Below, in pieces: positions 8,884 to 18,986 of a stretch of 64,000 nt of DNA. The DNA comes from Terriglobia bacterium (GTDB lineage Bacteria; Acidobacteriota; Terriglobia; 2-12-FULL-54-10): positions 288,001-352,000 of the forward strand of contig CAXVYR010000004.1 of the NCBI GenBank assembly GCA_963666975.2, in the 5' to 3' direction. The notes under the pieces were generated by a model that was not told the origin of the DNA, did not search any database, and saw only the letters and a list, made by a program, of their open reading frames with translations. Position 1 is the stretch's first letter. Every line of letters starts with the position of its first letter. Position numbers and translations under genes: made by a program.

Positions 8884-10563
8884 TTAATTTGCCTTGGACC
8901 CGGCGGACAAGTTTTCTTCTGCCTTCAATTTGCTTGCGATCTGCGCCCGCAGGTCTTTCTTCGACACCTTCCCCACGCTAGTCATCGGAAACGCCTCGAC
9001 AATTTCCAGCCGCTCCGGCAACTTGAATTTAGCGATTCTTTTGCCCAGCAAAAAGCGGATCAGTTCTTCCAATGTCAGTTTGCAGCCCGCCCGGAGGATG
9101 ACAAACGCGCAGGTTCGTTCCCCCATGATGGGATCGGGCATAGCCACAACGGCGACGTTCAGGACGCCCTCATGCGAAAGGACCAGATTCTCCACCTCTT
9201 CGGCGCTGATTTTTTCACCACCCCGGTTAATCATGTCTTTCCTGCGGCCTTCGACCACAAGGTTGCCGCTCGGATGCATGCGGACCATGTCGCCCGTCGC
9301 GTAAAAACCATCAGGGGTGAAGGCCACGCGGTTATGCTCCTCGGCCTTATAATACCCGCGGATCGTGTACGGTCCCCGGGTGAGCAACTCACCCACCTCG
9401 CCGTGTGGAACTTCTTTTCCCTCCTCATCCACCACTTTAATTTCCTCTGCTGGAGAGGCCGGGCGTCCTTGCGTCTGCTGAATCACTTCCCTCGGATCAT
9501 CGGGCCGCGTCAGGTTGACCAAGCCTTCCGCCATGCCAAAGGCGTGGCCGGGAGTCGCAAAATCCCAAGCCGCCCACGCTCGGTCCACCAACTCCGGAAG
9601 CATTTTCTGGCCGCCCACGAAGATCAACCGCAACGAGCGAAGATCGTATTTCGTTCTGTGCGGCGAATTCAGCAATGTGATCAGCAATGCGGGACTGAGG
9701 GGCAGGAAGGTTGCCTTGTGTGTTTGAATGGCCTGGAAAATCTTTTCCGGGTCCGCCGAAGGGCACATCGCCACGCTGCCGCCAATCGCCACGGCTCCAA
9801 CCATCCCCGGCGCCACCAGCGGAAAATTGTGGGCGGCGGGAATCACAACCAGCAAGACCATTTCTTGATCGCAGCGCAGCACCGCGGCGCATTGCCGGGC
9901 ATTATAGATATAGTCGGCGTGGGTTCGCGGAATCAGCTTGGGAATTCCCGTCGTCCCTCCGGAGAGCAGAAACAAGGCAACGTCAAAAGGGTCGGGGCGA
10001 TACTGCGCCAGGAAATCCGGGGGAACCGTAGTTTCGGACGGCTCGGTCAGCCACGGCTCGGCATACGCTACGCCAGCCTCCGTTCCCTCCCCCACAGCGA
10101 TTACATGTTTCAAGCTGGGAACTTCCTTTTGAATTTCTTTAGCCATCGCCAGGTAGCTAAAACCACGCAACTCCGGCACCAGGAAATATCCGGCGGCCCC
10201 GGTGAGTTGGGCAAAATAGGTCAGCTCCGTGTGGCGGTGAGGCGGGAGACACATGATGGGAATCACCCCGATCTTGTGCAGCGAAAAAAAGACCGCTGCG
10301 AACTCCCAGACATTGGGAAGCTGCAGCAGGACGATGTCGCCAGGTTTGAGACCCTGGTGGAGCAGGTGGACAGCCAGCCGCGTGGACAGCCTGCTGAGCT
10401 CGGAATAACTCACCTTACGGATGCTATCCGCTACGGCTGTCTTTTCGGGAAAAGAGCGGGCCGTGTCCTCCAGAAGCTCGCCCAGAGTTTTATTTTGCCA
10501 GTATCCCTCGCGCACGTACCGCTGGACAAATTCCTCCGGCCACGGGGTGCAACCGTCGAGCAT
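8884..10563 (-). CDS. Aryl-acid adenylating enzyme / CoA ligase, DhbE/EntE/salicylate-ligase family
   Basis: LSGGTTGIPKLIPRTH, HNFPL, FGMAEGLVN, YTIRGYY, TGD, GRRKDMINRGGEKI, KLPERL, VGKVSKK. Confidence 0.9.
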   Translation of the reverse strand: MLDGCTPWPEEFVQRYVREGYWQNKTLGELLEDTARSFPEKTAVADSIRKVSYSELSRLSTRLAVHLLHQGLKPGDIVLLQLPNVWEFAAVFFSLHKIGVIPIMCLPPHRHTELTYFAQLTGAAGYFLVPELRGFSYLAMAKEIQKEVPSLKHVIAVGEGTEAGVAYAEPWLTEPSETTVPPDFLAQYRPDPFDVALFLLSGGTTGIPKLIPRTHADYIYNARQCAAVLRCDQEMVLLVVIPAAHNFPLVAPGMVGAVAIGGSVAMCPSADPEKIFQAIQTHKATFLPLSPALLITLLNSPHRTKYDLRSLRLIFVGGQKMLPELVDRAWAAWDFATPGHAFGMAEGLVNLTRPDDPREVIQQTQGRPASPAEEIKVVDEEGKEVPHGEVGELLTRGPYTIRGYYKAEEHNRVAFTPDGFYATGDMVRMHPSGNLVVEGRRKDMINRGGEKISAEEVENLVLSHEGVLNVAVVAMPDPIMGERTCAFVILRAGCKLTLEELIRFLLGKRIAKFKLPERLEIVEAFPMTSVGKVSKKDLRAQIASKLKAEENLSAGSKAN

Positions 10564-10660
10564 TCCTTGAATTCCTTTCTGCGGGTCCCTTCAGCGGGTT
10601 CTTTTCCGTGCTGGCGGGCAAGCCGGAGTCACCGGCCCGCGAAAAAGCTTTGGGGGCAAC

Positions 10661-11380
10661 TCACAGGAATCTTCGATTGGCCTTTTCGTCGGGAAGCGTC
10701 AAGCCCAATGCCAGCAATTTCTTATCTACATATCGCTTGTACTCTTGGCGGGCCTCTTCATTGGTTTTGATTTTCAGTCCCCAATAAAGAAAGCGCGGTG
10801 TCCTCTTCGATGTCGAGGTTCCGAAGGTGTCCAGGGCAGCCGGATACCATTTATAGAGCAACTCCTGAGCCTCCGCCTTCCCTTCGGGCGTCTTGCAGGT
10901 TTCCTGCAGGAAGCGATAGCCCATATCGGAATGGCCGTATTCGTCTCTTTCAATGATGGGAGCCATCCGGGCCAGCGGCAGGTAGGAGGAACTGCGCCAT
11001 TCTCCCGCATGGAAGGCTCCGTTCAAGTCCAGAAATAAATTAAAAAAATTCATGTCGGTCCAGCTGTCGCGCGACAGATGGAAGGCATAGTGCTGGAAGG
11101 GGGTATCCTTGAAGACCAAGCTCTTATCAAGCTCCATGACGAGCCGGTGAAACATGATGCAATGCTTCATCTCCTCGGCCACATAACCGGCCATGGTGAG
11201 CTTGGCTTCATCGTGGGGGGCATATTTGCCTGCATTGTCCAGCACGCTCGCGAAGAAAAGCATAAAGCTCATATTGCCGGTGCGCTCGCCCTCGTGCATC
11301 ATCATGCGAACCAGCAGATCCCTGTACTCTTCCGGCAGTGGATCGCCGATATCAAAGGTGCGGTTACAAACTTCTGTCAT
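10661..11380 (-). CDS. PaaA/PaaC/BoxB-like ferritin-fold di-iron protein (aryl-CoA oxygenase-like)
   Basis: Di-iron pattern E..EEMKH..D..DEYGH; SSYLPLAR, KWYPAALDTFG and WGLKIKTNEEARQ resemble conserved PaaA segments. Confidence 0.8.
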   Translation of the reverse strand: MTEVCNRTFDIGDPLPEEYRDLLVRMMMHEGERTGNMSFMLFFASVLDNAGKYAPHDEAKLTMAGYVAEEMKHCIMFHRLVMELDKSLVFKDTPFQHYAFHLSRDSWTDMNFFNLFLDLNGAFHAGEWRSSSYLPLARMAPIIERDEYGHSDMGYRFLQETCKTPEGKAEAQELLYKWYPAALDTFGTSTSKRTPRFLYWGLKIKTNEEARQEYKRYVDKKLLALGLTLPDEKANRRFL

Positions 11381-11616
11381 AGCTCCTGCTCCTTGTCTTG
11401 ATGAAGACCGCTCGAAAACGCTTCCCTGGAATTTTCTCCCGTGAAGCCGGGAAGTTATTCTGTGCTGGAGTCGCCTAACGTGTCAATATAGATCATGCCA
11501 GGGCGGAGCACTACAACCAGACGCCGGAACTTCCCCCGCTGTGGCGCAAACACCGTGATATAATCAGACCCGTTTTCTCAATTTTCCCAGGCGTCGCCTG
11601 GAAAGGAGCCCCGCAG

Positions 11617-12072
11617 GTGGCGAGAAGCGTCAACAAAGCAACTCTGTTAGGTCGTCTCGGCAAAGACCCTGAGCTAACCTATATTCCCTCCGGCCAGTCT
11701 GTGGCTAAGTTCACAATGGCTACCAACCGCTCTTATAAGGACAAGAGCGGGGAATGGAAAGAAGAAACGGATTGGCACAATATTGTAGCCTGGGGCAAGC
11801 TGGGCGAGATTTGCGCTCAGTATCTCGCCAAAGGCCGCCAGGCGTATGTGGAAGGCCAAATCCGGACGCGTAGCTGGGAGGACCGCGAAGGCAAGAAGCG
11901 CACCACAACTGAGATCATCGCCAATGAGGTGGTGCTCCTGGGCACTCGGGGAGAGGGCGCGCCAGAGGCAGCAAGCCATGCCGCCGGGGCCTCCCAATCG
12001 GGCGCTTCCCCGGAGGATAGTTCCGGAGGAAGCGGCTCCCCGGAAATCACCGACGACGACATACCCTTCTAG
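11617..12072 (+). CDS. ssb: Single-stranded DNA-binding protein
   Basis: SVNKATLLGRLGKDPE, C-terminal DDDIPF. Confidence 0.97.
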   Translation: MARSVNKATLLGRLGKDPELTYIPSGQSVAKFTMATNRSYKDKSGEWKEETDWHNIVAWGKLGEICAQYLAKGRQAYVEGQIRTRSWEDREGKKRTTTEIIANEVVLLGTRGEGAPEAASHAAGASQSGASPEDSSGGSGSPEITDDDIPF

Positions 12073-12233
12073 GATTGCCCTGGCATAGCGGGTCACTGCG
12101 TCCAGAGCGGCTGTGCACTGGGGGTGTTCCTCATTCGTCATCCCTTTGCCTTGCGAAAACAGGATGGACGGGAAATAACGCTCCATTTCCATAGCCGGGC
12201 CGGTAAGCACATCCTCGCAGGAAGGAGAGCCGG

Positions 12234-13079
12234 ATGCAGGTGCGAGAAGCGTGCGCGCCTCATTTTTACGCGGGGGATTGCGCCCGTTTAACCGGGCGTT
12301 TTCTGAAGGGGTTTTCTGTCCCGGAACATCCCTCCAAAGCGGTGGCCGGAATCGTTCCCCATGCGGGCTGGCAATACTCCGGCGCTGTGGCGGCCAAGGT
12401 CTTCAAAAGCATTCAGCAGAAGGAAAACCCGGCGACGTTTGTTATTTTTGGCGCTGCCCACAAGTGGGCGGGGCCGAATTCCGTTTATGCTCATGGGGCA
12501 TGGGCCACTCCTCTGGGAAATATCTGCATCGACGAAGATCTCGCTGCAAGAATTCTGGATGCAACGCCTGAGTGGACCGTAGAGGAGCCCAAAGCCCACA
12601 GCGGAGAACATTCCATCGAGGTGCAGTTGCCCTTCCTGAAGCATCTGTTTCCGCAAGCGAAATTGGTTCCAGTATTGGTCAATCCGGATTCCCGTGCGAT
12701 TCTCCTGGGCAAGCGGGTGGGCGAGATCCTGAAAAATTTTGAGCGTTCCGTGGCGGTGATTGGCTCTAGCGATTTGACCCATTATGGCGATGCCTATGCG
12801 TTCACCCCGGCCGGGTACGGACCCAAGGCACACCAGTGGGTTCGGGAAAACGACGCCCGGATTCTCCGCCTCGCCGAGCGGATGGCGACAGAGGAGCTGT
12901 CCCGCGAGACTGCCCGAAACCAAAACGCCTGCGGCCCGGGCGCCATGGCAGCCACGATAGCTGCAGCAGAGGTTCTGGGGGCCGAACGAGGTCACTTGGT
13001 GGAATACACGACCAGTTATGACGTTGCCGGAAAGGGCGAATTCCGGATGGCGGTAGGCTATGCGGGCCTGCTTTTTTAA
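12234..13079 (+). CDS. MEMO1-family protein (AmmeMemoRadiSam protein B)
   Basis: PHAGWQYSG, WATPLG, EHSIEVQLPFL, SSDLTHYG, CGPG, VGYAG. Confidence 0.92.
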   Translation: MQVREACAPHFYAGDCARLTGRFLKGFSVPEHPSKAVAGIVPHAGWQYSGAVAAKVFKSIQQKENPATFVIFGAAHKWAGPNSVYAHGAWATPLGNICIDEDLAARILDATPEWTVEEPKAHSGEHSIEVQLPFLKHLFPQAKLVPVLVNPDSRAILLGKRVGEILKNFERSVAVIGSSDLTHYGDAYAFTPAGYGPKAHQWVRENDARILRLAERMATEELSRETARNQNACGPGAMAATIAAAEVLGAERGHLVEYTTSYDVAGKGEFRMAVGYAGLLF

Positions 13080-13196
13080 GCGTGTTCTGGAATTCCTACT
13101 CAAATCCCCCATCCCACAGAACCGATTGCGCCGGAAGAACCGCACGCGGGCTTGCCCCTGAGTATGGTTTAATAGGATGGGAGGTGCAGGTTCCCA

Positions 13197-13400
13197 ATGG
13201 AATGTCCGATTTGCAAGCGAACAATGCTCTCGACAATAGGCGAGGATTCCCCTTTTTGCAGCGAACGCTGTCGTCTGATCGACCTGGGGAATTGGGCATC
13301 GGAAAGCTACAAAGTGCCGGCGCCAATCTCTGACATGGAAGAGCCTTCCTTCCACGCAGGGGAGGAAAAACCATCGCCGTCACCGGACATCCCGGAGTAA
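13197..13400 (+). CDS. yacG: DNA gyrase inhibitor YacG
   Basis: CPIC...PFCSERCRLIDLGNWASESY. Confidence 0.93.
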   Translation: MECPICKRTMLSTIGEDSPFCSERCRLIDLGNWASESYKVPAPISDMEEPSFHAGEEKPSPSPDIPE

Positions 13401-13707
13401 ACAGCCCCGCACAAACCCGTAATGGAAACGGCGAGGCTCAAGGCGATTGAACATTGAATCTGGAAATCTATACAAGACGGTTTTATACTGAGTTATCGGC
13501 TTCTCTGCTTCCACTCTTCCTGGTGCGAGAGCCTGGGGCCGGCGGTCCGCTGCTAACGGAAAGAAAGACCCCGCAAAGGGAGAAGCCTCGAAGGCTCTGC
13601 CTCGCGCTTTCGGCCCGAGGGACAAAGAGCAATCTGTTTTTACTCTCCTCTGCCAAGTGGGCTTTGGATGACCCGGTATATTTCTCAACTTTTCCACCGG
13701 CGACCTA

Positions 13708-14727
13708 ATGAACGGCAAACCGCACATTGACCAAATCGTTCCGCGAGCGGCCATCGCGGGCGGAGAAATACAAATCCGGGGCCGCGACTTCTGTTCCGAC
13801 GGACAGCAGCGTCCATCGGTAACCTTCGCCGGGGTGGAGGCGAATCTGCTCGTCAGTTCCGACCGCTATCTTGTGGCCTGCGTTCCGGAGGGAGCCACGT
13901 CCGGCGACCTCACAGTCGGCACCCCGAAGGACCGCAGCGACCCCGTTCCGGTAGAGATCGGCGTTGCGATTGCCGACAACCTCCACCCGGTGGCCAACCC
14001 GGCGCTCGACAGGGACGGCAATATCTATGCGACGTTCAGCGGATCTCGCGGCCAAAAGGTCCCCGTTGGCGTTTATAAGATCGACACGAATTACAACGTG
14101 CAGCCGTTTCTCCCCGATTTGATGAACCCGACCGGGCTGGCCGTTGACCGCGAAAACTTTCTGTACATTTCGAGCCGGTTTGACGGCAACATCTACCGGG
14201 CAGCTCCCGACGGGAGCATGACCATCTACGCGGAAGGGATGGGAATCGCCACCGGCATTGCCTTTGACGAAAGAGGGTTTCTCTACGTGGGCGACCGGAG
14301 CGGGACGATATTCAAGATTTCCTCCGACCGCCAAATCTTTGTTTTCGCCACGCTCGAACCCAGTATCGCCGCATACCACCTGGCATTCGGGCCGGGAGGT
14401 TTCCTCTACATCACCGGCCCCACCACCTCCAGCTATGACTGCATCTACCGAATCTCCCAGGCTGGCGAGGTGGAAACGTTCTTCCGCGGTTTGGGCCGGC
14501 CACAAGGCATGGCCTTTGACCGGGAGGACAACATGTACGTGGCGGCCTCGCATAGCGGCCGAAAGGGAATCTTCCGAATCACTTCGCAGGGACAAACTGA
14601 ACTGGTAGTCTCCGGAGCGGGTTTGCTGGGCTTGGCCTTTACCCGCGGGGCAGCCGCGATCCTGGTCAGCAACCAGTCGGTATACCACCTGAATTGGAGC
14701 GTCCCGGGAAAGTTTCCGCCGGCATGA
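13708..14727 (+). CDS. IPT/TIG domain + NHL/SMP-30-like beta-propeller protein
   Basis: N-terminal Ig-like segment (IRGRDF...VTFAG...VPEGATSG) then repeated PxGLAxD propeller blades. Confidence 0.8.
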   Translation: MNGKPHIDQIVPRAAIAGGEIQIRGRDFCSDGQQRPSVTFAGVEANLLVSSDRYLVACVPEGATSGDLTVGTPKDRSDPVPVEIGVAIADNLHPVANPALDRDGNIYATFSGSRGQKVPVGVYKIDTNYNVQPFLPDLMNPTGLAVDRENFLYISSRFDGNIYRAAPDGSMTIYAEGMGIATGIAFDERGFLYVGDRSGTIFKISSDRQIFVFATLEPSIAAYHLAFGPGGFLYITGPTTSSYDCIYRISQAGEVETFFRGLGRPQGMAFDREDNMYVAASHSGRKGIFRITSQGQTELVVSGAGLLGLAFTRGAAAILVSNQSVYHLNWSVPGKFPPA

Positions 14728-14863
14728 AGCCGTTTGATGCCCCGGCTACAGAGAAAATAGTGACCAGGACACGGAGAGAACGGACTCGGAAGCGTGACGC
14801 CGGTTCTCTGCCATTTCTTTTTTTCCGGAATCTCATCCCGTCCTGTGCTCCCTTCCTGTCGTA

Positions 14864-16114
14864 ATGAATGCAGAGATTATTGCTATCGGCTCTGAACTGC
14901 TTACCCCGCATCGGTCCGACACGAACTCCCTTTTTCTTACCGAGCAATTGAACCGGATCGGTGTCGATGTTGTTTTCAAGACTGTGGTAGGAGATGACAA
15001 AACCCGCTTGACCGCCACAGTCTCTCTGGCGCTGCAGCGCTCGGGAATTACCCTTACCATCGGCGGTCTGGGCCCTACAGGCGATGACCTGACACGGGAA
15101 TGCGTCGCAGCCGCTCTGGGGCGGGAACTGCGGAGAGACGAGGCGCTGGTGGGACCGATGGAAGCCCGTTTTCGCGCCCGCGGCCTGCGGATGCCGGAAA
15201 TCAACCTCCGGCAAACCATGGTCATCGAGGGATCCACCGTCCTTCCCAATCGCAACGGCACTGCGCCTGGATTGTGGATCGAAGAGCAGGGAAAAATTAT
15301 TATTCTCCTTCCCGGCCCGCCCCGGGAGCTTTGCCCATTGTTCGAGCATGGCTGCCTGCCCCGGTTGCGAGAGCATGTTCCCCCAGCGGTTATACGGACC
15401 CGGGAACTTCGTCTGACGGGGCTGACCGAGTCTGCCACCGAGGAGAGGATCGCGCCCATCTATACACGGTATAAAAATCCGGTCACCACGATCCTGGCCA
15501 CCTTGGGAGAAATTCAAATTCACCTGAAAAGTTTCGGGAAAGACGAAGCGGAAGCGCAAGCCCCGCTCGATGAGCTTTCTCCGCAACTGGAAAAAGTTCT
15601 CGGCAAGCATGTCTTTTCGACGCGCAGCGAGAGCATGGAAGAGGTAGCCGGAAACTGCCTGCTCCACAACAAGGCGACGGTTGCCGTTGCAGAGAGTTGT
15701 ACGGGGGGGCTGCTGGCCCAGCGGCTGACCAGCGTTTCCGGCAGCTCTGCCTATTTTCTGGGAGGCGTTGTCTGCTACAGCAACGCGGTAAAGATGGACT
15801 GGCTGGGCGTCCCCGCAGAGGTCCTGGAAACTCACGGGGCAGTCAGCGCTGCCGTGGCTCAAGCTCTTGCGGAAGGGATTCGGCAGCGAGCCGGCTCGAC
15901 CTTTGGCATAGGCATCACAGGAATTGCCGGCCCCACCGGCGGGATTTCCGAAAAGCCTGTGGGCTTGGTCTATTTAGCTTTGGCTGGCGGCGGCCAAACT
16001 CAGGCGCTCGAAAGGCGCTATCCGGGAGAACGGAAGACGATCCGCTGGCAAGCAACCCAATCGGCTCTGGATATGCTGCGTCGCTCCTTGCTGAAAGGGG
16101 AGCAAGAATTGTAA
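14864..16114 (+). CDS. cinA: Competence/damage-inducible protein A (MoCF domain + NMN deamidase)
   Basis: AIGSELL, DTNS, GGLGPTGDDLT, GTAPG, AESCTGG, GITGIAGP. Confidence 0.94.
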   Translation: MNAEIIAIGSELLTPHRSDTNSLFLTEQLNRIGVDVVFKTVVGDDKTRLTATVSLALQRSGITLTIGGLGPTGDDLTRECVAAALGRELRRDEALVGPMEARFRARGLRMPEINLRQTMVIEGSTVLPNRNGTAPGLWIEEQGKIIILLPGPPRELCPLFEHGCLPRLREHVPPAVIRTRELRLTGLTESATEERIAPIYTRYKNPVTTILATLGEIQIHLKSFGKDEAEAQAPLDELSPQLEKVLGKHVFSTRSESMEEVAGNCLLHNKATVAVAESCTGGLLAQRLTSVSGSSAYFLGGVVCYSNAVKMDWLGVPAEVLETHGAVSAAVAQALAEGIRQRAGSTFGIGITGIAGPTGGISEKPVGLVYLALAGGGQTQALERRYPGERKTIRWQATQSALDMLRRSLLKGEQEL

Positions 16115-16156
16115 ACTTTCGCCCGCTCCTAGTTCGCATCCGGGACATGATCGCAT

Positions 16157-16717
16157 ATGCGCGCTTTTGTGGCTGTTGAGATACCAGAGGAGATTCGCAA
16201 TAGAATTGCCGACTTGATCCAAGCGTTGCAGCCAACAGCTCCAAAGGTTCGCTGGGCGCGCGCCGGGGGATTGCACATCACTTTGAAATTCCTTGGCGAG
16301 ATTTCGGAACAACAGGTGGAGGAAATCAAAACTCAGCTGACGTCGGTGCAATCGGCTACGCCCCTTCACTTGCAAATTCAAGGGGCAGGTTATTTTCCGA
16401 ATGAACGCTCCCCGCGAGTGGTCTGGCTCGGAGTGGAATCCGGAGCAGCATTGCCTGAACTGGCCAGCCAGGTAGAGAAGCGCCTTGCAACGCTGGGCCT
16501 GGCAAAAGAGGATCGTCCCTTTTCCGCTCACCTGACTTTGGGAAGGTTGCAGAGGCCCGGCAAACTGGATGCCCTCCGGGAGGAGTTGCGGAAACGGGAG
16601 CCGCTGGCGCTGGGTTCGTTCACTACGGATGAGTTTTCCCTCTACGAAAGCAAACTGTCGCCCCGTGGGTCTATCTACCGGCAGATTGCCCGCTTCCCGA
16701 TCGGCCAGAGCGGTTGA
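16157..16717 (+). CDS. thpR: RNA 2',3'-cyclic phosphodiesterase
   Basis: Two 2H motifs HITL and HLTL; follows cinA. Confidence 0.93.
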   Translation: MRAFVAVEIPEEIRNRIADLIQALQPTAPKVRWARAGGLHITLKFLGEISEQQVEEIKTQLTSVQSATPLHLQIQGAGYFPNERSPRVVWLGVESGAALPELASQVEKRLATLGLAKEDRPFSAHLTLGRLQRPGKLDALREELRKREPLALGSFTTDEFSLYESKLSPRGSIYRQIARFPIGQSG

Positions 16718-16759
16718 TGAGTTTGCCATGCGGTTTCTGTCCCTGAACAATTGGAGGAT

Positions 16760-17758
16760 ATGAGAAACGTCGCCATCATCGGAGCCGGAGGCTGGGGAAC
16801 CGCTTTGGCGATTGCACTCGCCCGCAAGGCCGGGACGATCCGCCTCTGGGTTTTCGAGCCGGATTTGTGCGAAAGCCTCCGCAAAACCCGTGTGAATGAC
16901 CTCTATCTTCCCGGCTTCCCAATACCGAAAAACGTGGAGCCGACCGGCGATCTTTCCGTTGCTCTGGCGGGAGCGGAGATGATTCTCTCCGTGCCGCCCT
17001 CGCATCACCTCCGCGGCGTATACCGGCAAATGCTCCCCTGGCTGGAACCGCATCAGGTATTTGTCAGCGCCACAAAAGGCCTGGAAAACAACACGCTGCT
17101 GCGGATGAGCCAGGTCATCGAGGAAAGTTTGCAAGCGAAGTTCCGGCCGAAGCTGGCCGTGATTTCCGGCCCCACTTTTTCCAAGGAAGTCGCCCAAGGC
17201 CAGCCCGCCGCCCTGGTGGTCGCTTCCAGCGACGAGTCGCTGGCGCTGCGCGTTCAGCGGGAATTCTCACACTCCGCGTTTCGACTGTATACCAACACCG
17301 ACGTGGTGGGCGTAGAGGTGGGAGGCGCCGTCAAAAATGTGATCGCCATCGCGGCCGGAGTTTGTGACGGGCTCGGCATGGGTGCAAACGCCATCGCTGC
17401 GCTGATCACCCGGGGGCTCTCCGAGATCACACGGCTGGCCTGCGCCTGCGGCGGCCGCCGCGAGACGATGGCCGGGCTGGCGGGATTGGGCGATCTGGTG
17501 CTGACCTGTACCGGCGGCTTGAGCCGGAATCGCACGGTCGGCGCCGAATTGGGAAAAGGCCGGAGCCTGGCGGAAATCCTGAAACCGATGCGGATGGTGG
17601 CCGAAGGAATCAATACCACCGCCGCCACCCTGCAACTAGCCCGTCAAAAGGGCGTGGAAATGCCCATCACCGAGCAAATGCACGCTTTGCTCTACCACAA
17701 CTGCTCGCCGCAAGATGCCGTCCGGAACCTGATGGAAAGAAGCTTGAAGGCTGAATAG
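16760..17758 (+). CDS. gpsA: NAD(P)H-dependent glycerol-3-phosphate dehydrogenase
   Basis: GAGGWGTALA, ATKGLE, SGPTF, KNVIAIAAG, GDLVLTC, SRN, AEG. Confidence 0.96.
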   Translation: MRNVAIIGAGGWGTALAIALARKAGTIRLWVFEPDLCESLRKTRVNDLYLPGFPIPKNVEPTGDLSVALAGAEMILSVPPSHHLRGVYRQMLPWLEPHQVFVSATKGLENNTLLRMSQVIEESLQAKFRPKLAVISGPTFSKEVAQGQPAALVVASSDESLALRVQREFSHSAFRLYTNTDVVGVEVGGAVKNVIAIAAGVCDGLGMGANAIAALITRGLSEITRLACACGGRRETMAGLAGLGDLVLTCTGGLSRNRTVGAELGKGRSLAEILKPMRMVAEGINTTAATLQLARQKGVEMPITEQMHALLYHNCSPQDAVRNLMERSLKAE

Positions 17759-17880
17759 AAACTCCGGCCGCTATTCGCCCAACGGAAAGTTGAGCTTGCC
17801 CTGAACGATTGAATCCAGAAAAAATGTCGATCCGCTGGCAGCGCTTCCGGCTGTTTAGCGCAAGTGATGTGAGAGCACAC

Positions 17881-18870
17881 TCACTCGGCGTCAGCCGTTC
17901 GGCTGTGTTCCAATTCCCAATCCAGCAGGATTTTCAACCGCTCGAAAGGCTGGTTCCCGACCAGCAGCCTGCCGTTGATGAACAACGTGGGAGTGGATTG
18001 CACTCCCAGGCTGCGGCCTTCCTGGAACGAACGGGTCACTTCCAACTCGATATCAGGGGCGTCCATCGTTTCCTGAAGTTTGTCCGCATCGATACCCTTC
18101 TCTGCGGCAAACTCCATCACCTTGGCCGGGAGGTTTTCGACCGTGATCGTTCCCTGATTCTCGAAAATCCAATCGTGATATTCCCAAAACAGGGAAGGTT
18201 GTAACCTGTAAATCGCCCGTCCCGCCACAGCCGCCCTCATCGCCCAGGGATGGATATTGGATAAAGGGAAATCTTTGAAAACCAGGCGCACCGTTTCTCC
18301 GTATGCTTCCGGCAATTGCTTGCGAAGCATATCTGACATCTGCTTGCAGTACTGGCACTGAAAATCGCTGTACTCCACCACGGTCACGGGAGCCTGTGCC
18401 GGGCCTTGGGAGGGTTGTCCTTGCAGATCGATTTGCTGGCGAGTGAGCAGATAAGGGTCCTGGTTGAGATCATGCAGTTGTCCACGGAAAATATGGCTGC
18501 CATCGGGAGACAGGTAGACCACTTCCCGGTGCATGCCACCACCGCTGCTAGCCTCAACCGCTACCTGCCGCAAAGAGGGAATGGGGGAACTCTCTGGAGA
18601 GCCGACACTCACCTCCACCTTATCCTTGGGCCATCCGTACAGGTGACGCAGGTAGTTTTCAACCAATTTTTGTTCAGGGGTTTGCTCCTTCCGTTGCGCC
18701 GAAGTGTCTGCAGAAGCATCCCCGCCAGCGGAAACCAAAGGCCTCTCGCCTTCCTGGGTGGACTGTGCAGCAGTAGCCGTCAGGCCTCCCCCTGCCACGC
18801 AGAGAACACCCCAGAGAACAACTCCAGGAACAACAAAGGAGCTCAACCTTCTTCCGCAGGAGAAATTCAT
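17881..18870 (-). CDS. DsbA/DsbC-like thioredoxin-fold exported protein
   Basis: Signal peptide, YSDFQCQYC, KDFPL, GVQSTPTLFING. Confidence 0.88.
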   Translation of the reverse strand: MNFSCGRRLSSFVVPGVVLWGVLCVAGGGLTATAAQSTQEGERPLVSAGGDASADTSAQRKEQTPEQKLVENYLRHLYGWPKDKVEVSVGSPESSPIPSLRQVAVEASSGGGMHREVVYLSPDGSHIFRGQLHDLNQDPYLLTRQQIDLQGQPSQGPAQAPVTVVEYSDFQCQYCKQMSDMLRKQLPEAYGETVRLVFKDFPLSNIHPWAMRAAVAGRAIYRLQPSLFWEYHDWIFENQGTITVENLPAKVMEFAAEKGIDADKLQETMDAPDIELEVTRSFQEGRSLGVQSTPTLFINGRLLVGNQPFERLKILLDWELEHSRTADAE

Positions 18871-18986
18871 CGGCCTCGACCCGCCTTTCCCAAGTTTTTG
18901 TAGGCCTTTCGTGACGGCGCCGCGCGAGCACTTGGTCTCTATGATACAATTTTTCAGGGCAAAAAGCTGCGGGAATTGGGCCGAGC

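Noticed and set aside
8884-10563. Siderophore (enterobactin/bacillibactin) biosynthesis cluster
   Set aside because: No carrier protein, NRPS, isochorismate synthase or EntA nearby.
8668-10770. Long antisense ORFs (e.g. 700 aa here, 3297-4823, 23738-25324, 55272-56507)
   Set aside because: Shadows of well-supported genes on the opposite strand, expected at high GC; no protein motifs.
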